DNA of 64,000 nucleotides from assembly GCA_020724805.1 (NCBI GenBank), contig DYGI01000001.1:111157-175156 (forward strand), given 5' to 3'. The position numbers and the translations under genes were made by a program. This document shows positions 18,416 to 27,613 of this stretch, piece after piece (position 1 is the stretch's first letter; every line of letters starts with the position of its first letter). Under the pieces are notes generated by a model. The model was not told where the DNA came from. It worked only from the letters and a program-made list of their open reading frames with translations, and did not search any database. The DNA is from Candidatus Microgenomatus sp. (GTDB taxonomy: Bacteria; Patescibacteriota; Minisyncoccia; UBA6257; GWB1-50-10).

Positions 18416-20975
18416 ATGGTTCGCTGCGGAAAAATACATTAGTGCGCGACGAGGTCACTCCAGACTTGGAATACGCGCGGACTTCCAAAGAGTTTTGAGG
18501 CTCTAATGTGAGCGGAACCGCATAGCGGTAGTAATACGTGGTGCCCCAAATATTGAGTGCATGAATAAGCCGACGGTTGAAATAAAGCTCCACCCGGGAA
18601 AGCTCGTCTCCTTGCGCCCGGAGTGTTGCTGAAACAGAAAGAGGATTTGCATTGTCCATAAAAATACCCGCCGCAGGGAGAAGATTTTCCACATATACAC
18701 TCCCACTTAGAGGGGCGACTCCTCCCGTGTTGGTTTGTGCGGAGGTTCCAGATGAGGAAAACACAGAACCTTCAGGAAGTGGCGCGTTGTAAGAGGTGAA
18801 GTTGGGGACGTTGAGGCGCGCCCACGCAAGAACCTCTTCCTCCCAATTTTTGAACTGCGAATCATTCTCCGGTGATGAGGGAATTGGGCCATGAGGATCG
18901 CGGCGGTCGACGTAATAAAGAATGGAATGGACCTGCGGAAACGAACCTCCGGGCGCGGTGGCGGTGATATTCCAGTTCCCGTCGAGCATGGGTTTTGCGG
19001 GAAGCGTAATGGCTGCGGGCCGCTCGAACGGTTCCGATTCGTATCTCTCGAGCGCTTCCTTCATAAATGCGTTCCACACTGGGACCGCCGCGAGAATACT
19101 GGACCCCTGACGTATCATAGCTTGGTTGTTATTGTTTCCTGCCCACACGCCGACCGCGAGGAATGGAGTATATCCCACAGTCCACGCATCGCGATGGTCT
19201 TCACTGGTCCCGGTTTTGAGCGCCACTTCGTGGTCGGGGAATATTGTGAGCGCATTCGAGCTTCTGAAGATCGGATAGCGAAGGTCGGGGTCTGAAAGGA
19301 TTCGCGTGATAAGTTTGGCGGCAGTCCCGTCATCGACCCGCTTGGTGATATCGTGGTATTCCTCAAGTACGCGGCCCGATGAATCTTCTACGCGAAGGAC
19401 TAAAGTTTGGTCATGGCGAACCCCATTCCCGGCGAGTGTTGCGTACGCATTCACAAGGTCAATGAGTTTTACTTCGCCGCCTCCCAAGGTAAGGGAGAGT
19501 CCATAACGCCATCGTTCCTGCAATGTGGTAATGCCGTACGCGTGGAGCTTGGCGAGCACGTCATCGAATCCGGCAAGATAAAGAGTTTTCACTGCAGGAA
19601 TGTTCAAAGATTCTGCGAGCGCGTTTTTCATTTTTACGGGGCCGCGGGTAAGGCCGTCGAAATTTCCGGGCCGGTAGCTAGTTTCCGGATCGTCACGGAC
19701 ATCGAATTCGGTGGAAACATCGAAAAGTACCGTTTCGGGAGAATATCCTTTCTCGAAGGCCGTGAGATATATAAAAGGTTTGAGTGCCGAGCCGGGCTGT
19801 CGAAGTCCTTGGGTCGCAACATTGAAATTTCCCTCAAATTGGCAGCTGGTATTACCGATCGAGCCCGGCTTACACCCTGCGGGTTCAGGTGGGGACGCGT
19901 ATTCTTTGGAACCGACGAGCGCAAGCACCTGCCCGGTTTTCGGGTCTTGGGCCACAAGCGCCGCATTTGCACTGCCGTAGAGCTCAAGATTGCGGGCGGA
20001 ACCGTCGCGTATCGCGATTTCCGCAAGACTTTGCAGTTCCGCATCGAGTGTGGTGATGACTTTCAATCCTCCCCGTTCCACCAGCTCCTCGCCGTAGCGT
20101 TCCGTGAGGTATTCTCGGACCGCTAGGGAAAAGTGAGGGGCGACGATGACGCCAAGGGTAGGCTCAAGGAACGCGAGAGTCTCGTTTTTCGCGTCGTCAC
20201 GCTCTTTCGCGGTGATGAATCCAAGCTCCACCATGCGGTCCAATACATAATCCTTTCGCGCGGTAAGGTCGTTTATGTGAGAGCCCCATGGGGAATAATA
20301 CGAAGGGGCCTTGAGGAGGGCCGCGAGCGTTGCTGCCTCTCCAAGTGTTGCTTCACGGATAGATTTTCCGAAATAAATTTTTGAGGCCGCCTCGACACCA
20401 TACGCATTCGAACCGTAAGGGATTTGGTTCAAATAGAACCCGAATATCTCGTCTTTGGAATAACGGTCCTCGAACTCGATGGCGAGAATAAGCTCTTTTA
20501 CTTTTCGTAGATAACCCAAGAATCCTTGGCGCGTGTTGTCGCCGAGCACCGCATTTTTTGCGAGTTGCTGGGTGATGGTGGAGCCTCCCTGCACCGTTCT
20601 TCCCTCCCGGACGTTGGTGATGAATGCGCGAAGGATTCCCCTCCAATTGAACGCGGGTTGGGTATAGAATTCCGCGTCTTCCGCCGCAAGCGTCGCCTTT
20701 TTTACATGCGCCGGTATTTCCTCAAAAGGAACCACCGTGCGGCGCTCTTCGTTGTATATCTCGTAGAGGAGGTGCTCTCCTGTGCGGTCGTAAAGTTTTG
20801 TGGACTGACTTACCTGGCGGTTATGAAATTCATCGGGCGAAGGGAGTGATTGTAGGGTGATGAATATCCATACCACCATTCCAACCGCCGCGAAAAGAAC
20901 CAGCGCGGACCCCCAAAAAGCAATCCACGAAACCTTTCTTTTTCTTCGGAACGTGTTCCGCAGCGTGCGCCTCAT
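18405..20975 (-). CDS. Class A penicillin-binding protein (transglycosylase/transpeptidase) with C-terminal beta domain
   Basis: AEDAEFY, GGSTITQQLAKN, RKVKE, RQPGSALKP, SLNIP, KTGT. Confidence 0.93.
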   Translation of the reverse strand: MRRTLRNTFRRKRKVSWIAFWGSALVLFAAVGMVVWIFITLQSLPSPDEFHNRQVSQSTKLYDRTGEHLLYEIYNEERRTVVPFEEIPAHVKKATLAAEDAEFYTQPAFNWRGILRAFITNVREGRTVQGGSTITQQLAKNAVLGDNTRQGFLGYLRKVKELILAIEFEDRYSKDEIFGFYLNQIPYGSNAYGVEAASKIYFGKSIREATLGEAATLAALLKAPSYYSPWGSHINDLTARKDYVLDRMVELGFITAKERDDAKNETLAFLEPTLGVIVAPHFSLAVREYLTERYGEELVERGGLKVITTLDAELQSLAEIAIRDGSARNLELYGSANAALVAQDPKTGQVLALVGSKEYASPPEPAGCKPGSIGNTSCQFEGNFNVATQGLRQPGSALKPFIYLTAFEKGYSPETVLFDVSTEFDVRDDPETSYRPGNFDGLTRGPVKMKNALAESLNIPAVKTLYLAGFDDVLAKLHAYGITTLQERWRYGLSLTLGGGEVKLIDLVNAYATLAGNGVRHDQTLVLRVEDSSGRVLEEYHDITKRVDDGTAAKLITRILSDPDLRYPIFRSSNALTIFPDHEVALKTGTSEDHRDAWTVGYTPFLAVGVWAGNNNNQAMIRQGSSILAAVPVWNAFMKEALERYESEPFERPAAITLPAKPMLDGNWNITATAPGGSFPQVHSILYYVDRRDPHGPIPSSPENDSQFKNWEEEVLAWARLNVPNFTSYNAPLPEGSVFSSSGTSAQTNTGGVAPLSGSVYVENLLPAAGIFMDNANPLSVSATLRAQGDELSRVELYFNRRLIHALNIWGTTYYYRYAVPLTLEPQNSLEVRAYSKSGVTSSRTNVFFRSEPSTP

Positions 20976-21011
20976 ATCATCTCCATAGTAACGATTTTCT
21001 TTGAGGAAAGG

Positions 21012-21051
21012 AACAAACAAAAATACAAACGCCCTTCGCGAATGAAGGGCG
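21012..21051 (-). terminator. Intrinsic terminator
   Basis: CGCCCTTC/GAAGGGCG stem with U-rich tail on the minus strand. Confidence 0.65.
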
Positions 21052-21074
21052 CCTGCGAAGTTTCGCGCGCGTTA

Positions 21075-21242
21075 TTATTGCGCCTCATCCGGATTCGAAA
21101 GCGGGTCGTCACTTTCAGGCGCCTCCTCCTCTGAAGGGGTGGGAGTGTATGACCCTCCTTCGTCACCTGCCTCTTCCTCGAAGTCTTCGTCTGTCGAGAT
21201 CCCGTCCCCGAGGTAAGTCATGCGAAGTTCCGTATCGATCAT
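21075..21242 (-). CDS. Small highly acidic protein (start uncertain)
   Basis: MIDTELRMTYLGDGISTDEDFEEEAGDE...; fills the gap between ruvC and the terminator. Confidence 0.5.
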   Translation of the reverse strand: MIDTELRMTYLGDGISTDEDFEEEAGDEGGSYTPTPSEEEAPESDDPLSNPDEAQ

Positions 21243-21312
21243 GGAGTGGGAATGCATTTCAAAGCGACCTTTCGCGTACGTCGTGGAAAGTATAGAGAGA
21301 GAAAAATACGTG

Positions 21313-21786
21313 TCAACCCCTCGGGAGAGGTCCTGCGGCTGCGATTGCGATGGCGAGCGCGTCGGTCGTGTCGTCCGGGCCGCCATGGTCCTCAAGACGT
21401 AATATCCATCGAGCCATTTTCGCAACCGCGCTCTTATTGGCGTTCCCATCTCCCGTAACCGCCCGTTTCACCTGATTTGGAGTAAGTTCCACCAACGTTG
21501 CGCCGGTCTTTCCTGCGGCGAGCAGAATAACGCCACGAGCTTCGGAAACCGCCATCGCGGTGCTTCGATTGGCCGAGAAAAAAAGGCGCTCAATCCCGAT
21601 TCGTTCGGGCTTCGCACGCTCAAAAAAGGCCGCGAGCAATTTCTCAAGCGCCAAAAGGCGGTCGTTTTGCGGAAGTGCGGAAAGTTCCCAAGTTCCCATA
21701 TCCTCGCACCTCAAGGAATTTCCCCCAACATCAAGGAGCGCGTATCCTATCCGAGCCCTTCCCGGATCTATCCCGACCACCCTCAT
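21313..21786 (-). CDS. ruvC: Holliday junction resolvase RuvC
   Basis: GIDPG, IERLFF, EARGV, TPNQVK, DDTTDALAIA. Confidence 0.95.
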   Translation of the reverse strand: MRVVGIDPGRARIGYALLDVGGNSLRCEDMGTWELSALPQNDRLLALEKLLAAFFERAKPERIGIERLFFSANRSTAMAVSEARGVILLAAGKTGATLVELTPNQVKRAVTGDGNANKSAVAKMARWILRLEDHGGPDDTTDALAIAIAAAGPLPRG

Positions 21787-22301
21787 GGTTTTATGTTTGT
21801 AATGACGTTTTGGATGTCGTCGTGCGCTTGAAGCGCCTCCACCAAACGCGCGAGCGCTTCTCGCCCTTCTTGGCCTACCGGTTGAGGAAATTTCGGGGTA
21901 TTACCATCGAAGGCCCATCGCACGCTTCCTGGTTCCGCCCACTTTGCGCCGTGCTCCTTAAGAAGAGTTTTCACTTCCATAATAGTTCTATTTTTGCTGT
22001 CGGTAATCGCCTCAATGAGGAGCGCGACTCCTTCGGGGCCGTATGCTTCGAGAATGAGAGATTCCAGAAGTTCCTCTCCTTTTTCGCCGCGGTTAATAGC
22101 GCGTGCGATATTGTCGCTCGGCACATTGGACGCGCGCGCCTTTTCTATCGCGGTGCGGAGCGTGGGGTTGAAATCGGGGTTCGGCTCGCTTCGTGCGGAG
22201 GCGGTGATGGCGCGGAGAAGTTTTGAAAAGAGAGCGCCCCGTTTTTTATCCGTGGCCCCCTTGTGTTGTTTTATTTGCTTCCAATGACTGTGCCCAGCCA
22301 T
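21783..22301 (-). CDS. yebC: YebC/PmpR family protein (shortened)
   Basis: MAGHSHWKQIK, EAYGPEGVALLIEAITDSKNRT. Confidence 0.92.
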   Translation of the reverse strand: MAGHSHWKQIKQHKGATDKKRGALFSKLLRAITASARSEPNPDFNPTLRTAIEKARASNVPSDNIARAINRGEKGEELLESLILEAYGPEGVALLIEAITDSKNRTIMEVKTLLKEHGAKWAEPGSVRWAFDGNTPKFPQPVGQEGREALARLVEALQAHDDIQNVITNIKP

Positions 22302-22306
22302 GGTGC

Positions 22307-23446
22307 CTAAGAACGCTGTGCGATGAGCGGCAACGTTACGGTAAGTGTGGTGCCACGCTCGGCTTCCGAGGACACTTCGACGGTTCCGTCGTGAGCCTCA
22401 ATGATATTTTTTGCGATATAAAGACCAAGTCCACTTCCATTCGGTTCCACTTGTATGGCGTTTGAGCCACGCTCGAGTTTTTTGAAGAGTTTCCTCTCCT
22501 CTCCTCGGGGGATTCCGATGCCGGTATCGGCAATGACGATGGTGGCTCGAGAAGGATCGGCGGCGAGCTTCACCGTAACTGCGCCTCCCTTCACGTTGTA
22601 TCGAACCCCGTTATCGAGGAGGTTAAGAAGTGCAGTGCCGAGACGCGTGGGGTCTATATCTACCGGAAGTGAGGAAATCCCTTCATGGGTAAAAACCATA
22701 TTTACCCCGCGCTGCTCGGCGATGGGGGTTATGGTGCCGGTGAGTGTTTGAAGGAAAGATACAAGGTCGATACGCTCCCGCACTAGTCCAAACTTCCCAT
22801 CCTCGATTTTCGCCGCGTCAAGAAAATCGTTCACGATCTTAAGGCAGCGGTCGACGAGTGCGAGCGACTCTCCAAGAAGATTCGCGGTATTTTCGTTCCC
22901 TCCCTTCCCCATGCTTTCAAGAGACCACTTAAGTGCGGTGAGTGGCGTGCGAAGCTGATGCGCGGCAACGCCGACAAATTCGCTCTGCGAAGCGAGAACC
23001 TCCCTCGTTCGCGTTTCGTCCCGTACGATCTTCACGAACGCGGAAGGCGTTCCGGAGGAGTCCATGATGCGCATGGTATACGCGACCAGTTCGCGTCTCG
23101 GCTCTTCGAATGAAAGCGTTACCACTTGTGGCCACGTCCCGGTTTCCGAGCGCTCCACACTTGAAGGCGCGAGGGAAGGGAAAAGCGTTTGGGCGAGAAG
23201 GCGGTAGCGCGGTCGTTCCACGAGTCCCGGCTCGACCCTAATCCCCGAAAGTTCCTCTCGGCGGACTCCAAAAAGAGCCTCCGCCGCTTTATTGAATGAA
23301 AGGACGCTGAAATTGGCGTCGTAAATTATCACGGCATCGGGAAAGTCCCGGAATACCACCTCGAAAGACGTTTCTGCGAGCGGCAAAGCACCGTCTTTCC
23401 GTGAAGATTTTAGAGAGTCGAAAAGTGTATGGAAAAGGTTTCGCAT
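22307..23446 (-). CDS. Cytoplasmic PAS-domain sensor histidine kinase
   Basis: PAS (FNKAAEALFG), H-box AHQLRTPL, NLLDNG, DTGIGI, GSGLGL. Confidence 0.9.
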   Translation of the reverse strand: MRNLFHTLFDSLKSSRKDGALPLAETSFEVVFRDFPDAVIIYDANFSVLSFNKAAEALFGVRREELSGIRVEPGLVERPRYRLLAQTLFPSLAPSSVERSETGTWPQVVTLSFEEPRRELVAYTMRIMDSSGTPSAFVKIVRDETRTREVLASQSEFVGVAAHQLRTPLTALKWSLESMGKGGNENTANLLGESLALVDRCLKIVNDFLDAAKIEDGKFGLVRERIDLVSFLQTLTGTITPIAEQRGVNMVFTHEGISSLPVDIDPTRLGTALLNLLDNGVRYNVKGGAVTVKLAADPSRATIVIADTGIGIPRGEERKLFKKLERGSNAIQVEPNGSGLGLYIAKNIIEAHDGTVEVSSEAERGTTLTVTLPLIAQRS

Positions 23447-23450
23447 CTGA

Positions 23451-25922
23451 TTATGCAGCGTCCTGCCACGGTTCCATGCTCCCCCAATCGTCTCCCGTGC
23501 GGATGTCCACGCGGAGAGGCACCGAAAGGTCGACGACCGATTCCATAAGTTTTTGGATGGCGGGCGCCTGCGTGTGTAGCATACCGCGCGGCATCTCGAA
23601 GAGCAATTCATCGTGGACGGAGAGCACCATGCGAATATCGCGCGTCGTCGAGATGAGGTCGGCTATTCCGGCCATGGAAAGCTTCAGAATGTCGGCGCCA
23701 AGCGATTGAAGAGGCATATTAATGGCGGCGCGCTCCACTTCCCCCCAAGAACCTCGCTTCGAGGCCTCGCGGAACCATCGCCGCCTTCCGTGTTCGTTTG
23801 CCACATATCCGTTCGCTTTTGCGTCCTTCTTCACCCTTTCCTGCCACCGTCTTACCGAGGGGAATTCGTTGAAATACTCTTCCATGAACCGCTTGGCGTC
23901 GGCTAGTGAAAGACCGCTCGAGGCGGCGAATGCGCGAGCTCCCATTCCGTACACAATGCCAAAGTTCAATGTTTTTGCGGTGCGGCGCATGGGAGGAGTT
24001 ACTCCGGAAAGGGGAACGTGAAATACCTTTGCGGCGGTGAGCGCGTGAATATCCTTCCCTTCGCGGAACGCGGTGCGAAGTGCTTCGTCCTCGGAAACGT
24101 GCGCAAGGAGCCGAAGTTCAAGCTGTGAATAATCGAAGGATACGAGGGTAGTGCCGCGCGGAGCGGTGAATGCACAGCGAAGCAGTTTCGCCCATTTTGA
24201 CTCCTGTGGAATGTTCTGGAGGTTGGGGCGTTCAGAGGCGAGTCGCCCGGTTGCGGTACCTGTTTGAAGGAACGTGGTTCTCACTCGTCCGTCTTTTTCG
24301 ATGGCGGCCAAGAGAGGCTCAACAAAACTCGAGAATATCTTGAATGTTTCCCGGTATTCAAGGAGAAGAGGGACGATGGGGTGGGCGCTTTTGAGTTCGA
24401 GAAGAATATCCCGTCCGGTGCGCCGTTGGCCGGTGCGCGTTTTACGTTTTTTCTCGGTTCCAAGATTCAGGCGTTCAAAGAGAACTTCCGCGACCTGGCG
24501 CGGAGAATTTATATTAAAAGCTCCTCCCGCTTCTCTAGTGATACGCTCTTCGAGCGCGGCAAGTTCTTTGCGCATCTCCTGTGAGAGCGAGCGAAGGTGT
24601 GCCCGATCAACCGCGATACCGGTCCGTTCCATGAGCGCGAGGACCGGCACGAGCGGCATCTCGATTTTTTCGAATACGCCCATAAGTCCGTTCGTCGTAA
24701 GAGCATTGCGGAGCGCGAGATACAGCGCGCGGTCATCTTGGGCGCCGGAGCGGACAAAACGGGCAATAAGCGCCTCCTTGGAAAAATCTTGTTGATCTGG
24801 GTCGATAAGCCACCCGGCGATGAGGAGGTCAAAAAAAGGACCGGTGATCATTCCCGCCTTATCGCCCAAGTTTTTCAATATCGTTTTCCAATCGTACGCA
24901 ACCTTTTCTTTTTTACCCCGAAAATCTTTTAAGTGAAGAAGGGCGTCCTCCGCATCTTCAATAAATATCGAATCTTTGGGAACGGTATCGTCCGCGGGAA
25001 CATCCGCGCGAGGCGAAGGCATGTGGGAAAGGCCTTCAGGACGAGCGCGGAGACTTTCAAATCCCAATTGCGAGAAATATGCATTCACTTCGTTCTCGGG
25101 AATTCCGCGAAATGTTTCATGCGGTACATCGAGGGGTACCGCGGTATCGATGGTGGCGAGTTTTTTAGAAAAGCGAGCCTCCGTTTCGTGCGCTACCATG
25201 AGTTTTATAAAGCGTGCCTGAATACCGGCACGTTTCGCGCATTCCTCCACCCCGTCCTTTGCAAGCGCGCGGTAAATACCCTCGATGCTTCCAAAGCTGC
25301 GGACAAGCTTTAAGGCGCTGCCCTCGCCGACGCCGGGAACGCCTTTGATGTTGTCCGAGGCGTCGCCCATGATGCCCTTGAGATCGGGGATGTATTCGGG
25401 GCCGAATCCATACCGTTCTTTCACCGCGCGCTCGTCGTACACCATGGTTTCCGAAACCCCTTTTTTGAACGTTTCTACGCGCACGTACGGATCTTTCACG
25501 AGTTGGAGCGCGTCGAGGTCTCCGGTCAAAATAGTGACCTCGCGCCCGTCGCGAGCAAATTGCGTTGCAAGCGTGCCGATAATATCGTCGGCTTCCACCT
25601 TCGACATCTCAACGACCGGGATGCCGAACGTGCGGAAAAGTTCCCTCGCCTCAATAAGCTGGCTCACGAGCTCGTCGGGCGCTTTCGGACGATGCGCTTT
25701 GTAATCGGCGAATGAATCCTTGCGGTGAGTGGGCTCCGGACGGTCGAATGCCGCGTAGATGCCCGCAAATTCCCTCTCACGAAGAACCTTAAGGAGAATG
25801 CGCGAAAGGCCATAAAGCGCTCCGGTAGGTCGTCCGTCGGGCGCGGAGAGAGGAGGGAGCGCATGGAATGCCCTATGGATGAGCGCGTGGGCGTCTATAA
25901 GAAGTATGGTGTCGCGGGCCAT
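23451..25922 (-). CDS. polA: DNA polymerase I
   Basis: 5'-3' exonuclease (EADDIIGT, GDASDNIKGVPG) and polymerase motifs (DYSQLELR, KTLNFGIVYG, VHDEL); proofreading domain reduced. Confidence 0.97.
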   Translation of the reverse strand: MARDTILLIDAHALIHRAFHALPPLSAPDGRPTGALYGLSRILLKVLREREFAGIYAAFDRPEPTHRKDSFADYKAHRPKAPDELVSQLIEARELFRTFGIPVVEMSKVEADDIIGTLATQFARDGREVTILTGDLDALQLVKDPYVRVETFKKGVSETMVYDERAVKERYGFGPEYIPDLKGIMGDASDNIKGVPGVGEGSALKLVRSFGSIEGIYRALAKDGVEECAKRAGIQARFIKLMVAHETEARFSKKLATIDTAVPLDVPHETFRGIPENEVNAYFSQLGFESLRARPEGLSHMPSPRADVPADDTVPKDSIFIEDAEDALLHLKDFRGKKEKVAYDWKTILKNLGDKAGMITGPFFDLLIAGWLIDPDQQDFSKEALIARFVRSGAQDDRALYLALRNALTTNGLMGVFEKIEMPLVPVLALMERTGIAVDRAHLRSLSQEMRKELAALEERITREAGGAFNINSPRQVAEVLFERLNLGTEKKRKTRTGQRRTGRDILLELKSAHPIVPLLLEYRETFKIFSSFVEPLLAAIEKDGRVRTTFLQTGTATGRLASERPNLQNIPQESKWAKLLRCAFTAPRGTTLVSFDYSQLELRLLAHVSEDEALRTAFREGKDIHALTAAKVFHVPLSGVTPPMRRTAKTLNFGIVYGMGARAFAASSGLSLADAKRFMEEYFNEFPSVRRWQERVKKDAKANGYVANEHGRRRWFREASKRGSWGEVERAAINMPLQSLGADILKLSMAGIADLISTTRDIRMVLSVHDELLFEMPRGMLHTQAPAIQKLMESVVDLSVPLRVDIRTGDDWGSMEPWQDAA

Positions 25923-25926
25923 GGAT

Positions 25927-26388
25927 TCACTGGACCTGCTTAAATTCAATAACCCGTTCGTGGGGATTCCTCGCATGACTTAATTTTACCCGCAACGTAG
26001 CGGAAGGAAGGACGCGCCGAACATTCCCGGCCCATTCGATGAGGAAAAGGTTTTTCGGATTTTTTAACTCCTCGAGAATGCCCAATGGAGCGAGTATTTT
26101 TTTTGAGGCGCTTCGTACCCGATACGCGTCTACATGGAAAAGATTCCGATAGTGGCGAGTGCGGAGCGGATAGCGGCGGACGAATATAAAAGTGGGGCTC
26201 GGGAGATTTTTACGAATTCCCATCGCACGCGCAAAACTTCCCGTGAACGTGGTTTTGCCCGCACCCAAAGGGCCTTCAAGCGCGATTACGGTTGCGTGGG
26301 GGAGAGAAAGGGGGCGGCGGACCATTTCCTTTGCAAGCGCCGCAGCGAGCGCTTGGGTCATGCGAGGCGAATGCGAAACGATACGCAT
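25927..26388 (-). CDS. tsaE: tRNA threonylcarbamoyladenosine ATPase TsaE
   Basis: GPLGAGKTTF, SPTF, HVDAYR, IEW. Confidence 0.93.
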   Translation of the reverse strand: MRIVSHSPRMTQALAAALAKEMVRRPLSLPHATVIALEGPLGAGKTTFTGSFARAMGIRKNLPSPTFIFVRRYPLRTRHYRNLFHVDAYRVRSASKKILAPLGILEELKNPKNLFLIEWAGNVRRVLPSATLRVKLSHARNPHERVIEFKQVQ

Positions 26389-26392
26389 CGCG

Positions 26393-27415
26393 TCAAATAA
26401 GCGAGGGGTGCGGCGGGATGCCGAGGTGGAGATATGCGTCCTTGGTTGCCACCCGCCCCGCAGGAGTGCGGTGGAGGAATCCGAGCTTCATAAGGAACGG
26501 TTCGTAGACTTCTTCCACGGTTCCGGGGTCCTCGTTCATGGCCGCGGCGAGCGCCTTGAGGCCCACCGGGCCCCCATTCCACTTGGTGATGAGCGTGCGG
26601 AGAAGCTCCCGGTCCGCCTCTTCAAGTCCCAATGGATCTATCTCGAACATGGAAAGCATCGCCATAACCGCGCGTTCGTCGATTGAACCTGTGCCGTGCA
26701 CTTCGGCGTAGTCGCGCGCGCGTTTCAAAAGTCGGTTCGCGGTGCGGGGCGTGAAGCGGGCGGCTTTGGCGAGAAGCGAGCATCCGTCCTCGGAAAGGGT
26801 TATCCCGAGAATCCGCGCGGAGCGCATAAGAATACGTTCGATATCCTCGGTTTGGTAATAATCGAGACGGAACGTAGCGCCGAAACGTGAACGGAGCGGA
26901 GAAGAGAGAAGATTCACGCGTGTCGTTGCCGCAATGACGGTGAATGGAGGTAGGTCGAGCGAGAAGGCGCGCGCGGACGGGCCCTTTCCCATCACGAGGT
27001 GAAGCTTGCGTGCCTCCATCGCGGGATAGAGTATTTCCTCGGCAAGTTTTGAAACGCGGTGAGCCTCATCAATGAAAAGGATGTCTCGTGGCTCAAGGTT
27101 GGAAAGTATTGCAGCAATGTCGCCCGCTTTCTCAAGAGCAGGACCCGCGGTGGTGTGAACCTTCGCTTTTGTTTCGTGGCCGATGAGATTTGCGAGCGTG
27201 GTCTTCCCGAGGCCTGCTTGTCCGTAGAAAAGGAGGTGGTCGGGCGCCTCGGCGCGGTTTCGCGCGGCATCAATGATAAGGCGGAGGTTCCTTTTTACCT
27301 TTTCCTGGCCTACATACTCCTCCCATGTGGTAGGGCGGAGGGTGAGCTCGAGCGCGACGTCGTCGGGAGAGGCGTGCTCCTGGGGAGAAACTGGGGAAGG
27401 GGTGGGGATTGACAT
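26393..27415 (-). CDS. ruvB: Holliday junction helicase RuvB
   Basis: LRPTTWEEYVGQ, GLGKTTLA, LYPAME, YEPFL. Confidence 0.97.
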   Translation of the reverse strand: MSIPTPSPVSPQEHASPDDVALELTLRPTTWEEYVGQEKVKRNLRLIIDAARNRAEAPDHLLFYGQAGLGKTTLANLIGHETKAKVHTTAGPALEKAGDIAAILSNLEPRDILFIDEAHRVSKLAEEILYPAMEARKLHLVMGKGPSARAFSLDLPPFTVIAATTRVNLLSSPLRSRFGATFRLDYYQTEDIERILMRSARILGITLSEDGCSLLAKAARFTPRTANRLLKRARDYAEVHGTGSIDERAVMAMLSMFEIDPLGLEEADRELLRTLITKWNGGPVGLKALAAAMNEDPGTVEEVYEPFLMKLGFLHRTPAGRVATKDAYLHLGIPPHPSLI

Positions 27416-27437
27416 TTTATTTCCTTTATGCTAGTAT
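27409..27437 (+). promoter_or_regulatory. Sigma70-type promoter for the 6S-like RNA
   Basis: TTGACA (27409-14), 17-nt spacer, TG-extended TAGTAT (27432-37). Confidence 0.7.
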
Positions 27438-27443
27438 TCCATC

Positions 27444-27613
27444 GGAAAGATCGCGAAGTGAGACCTGTGGGTATACGGATACTTCTGTAGTTTAGGACGC
27501 CTCGGCTTCGGCGGGGGCACTCCTCGAGGAGATCCTTCCTCTTCCCGCGTAGCGTGAGGAGTTTTCGTGAACCATTCCCTGGTTTACGCCCACAGATCTT
27601 ACGGCGCGATCTT
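27444..27613 (+). ncRNA. ssrS: Probable 6S RNA
   Basis: ~170 nt with long closing stem (AAAGATCGCG..GAGACCTGTGGG / CCCACAGATCT..CGCGATCTTT), central bubble, and GTGAACCA-N5-TGGTTTAC hairpin like the 6S 3' bubble. Confidence 0.7.
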
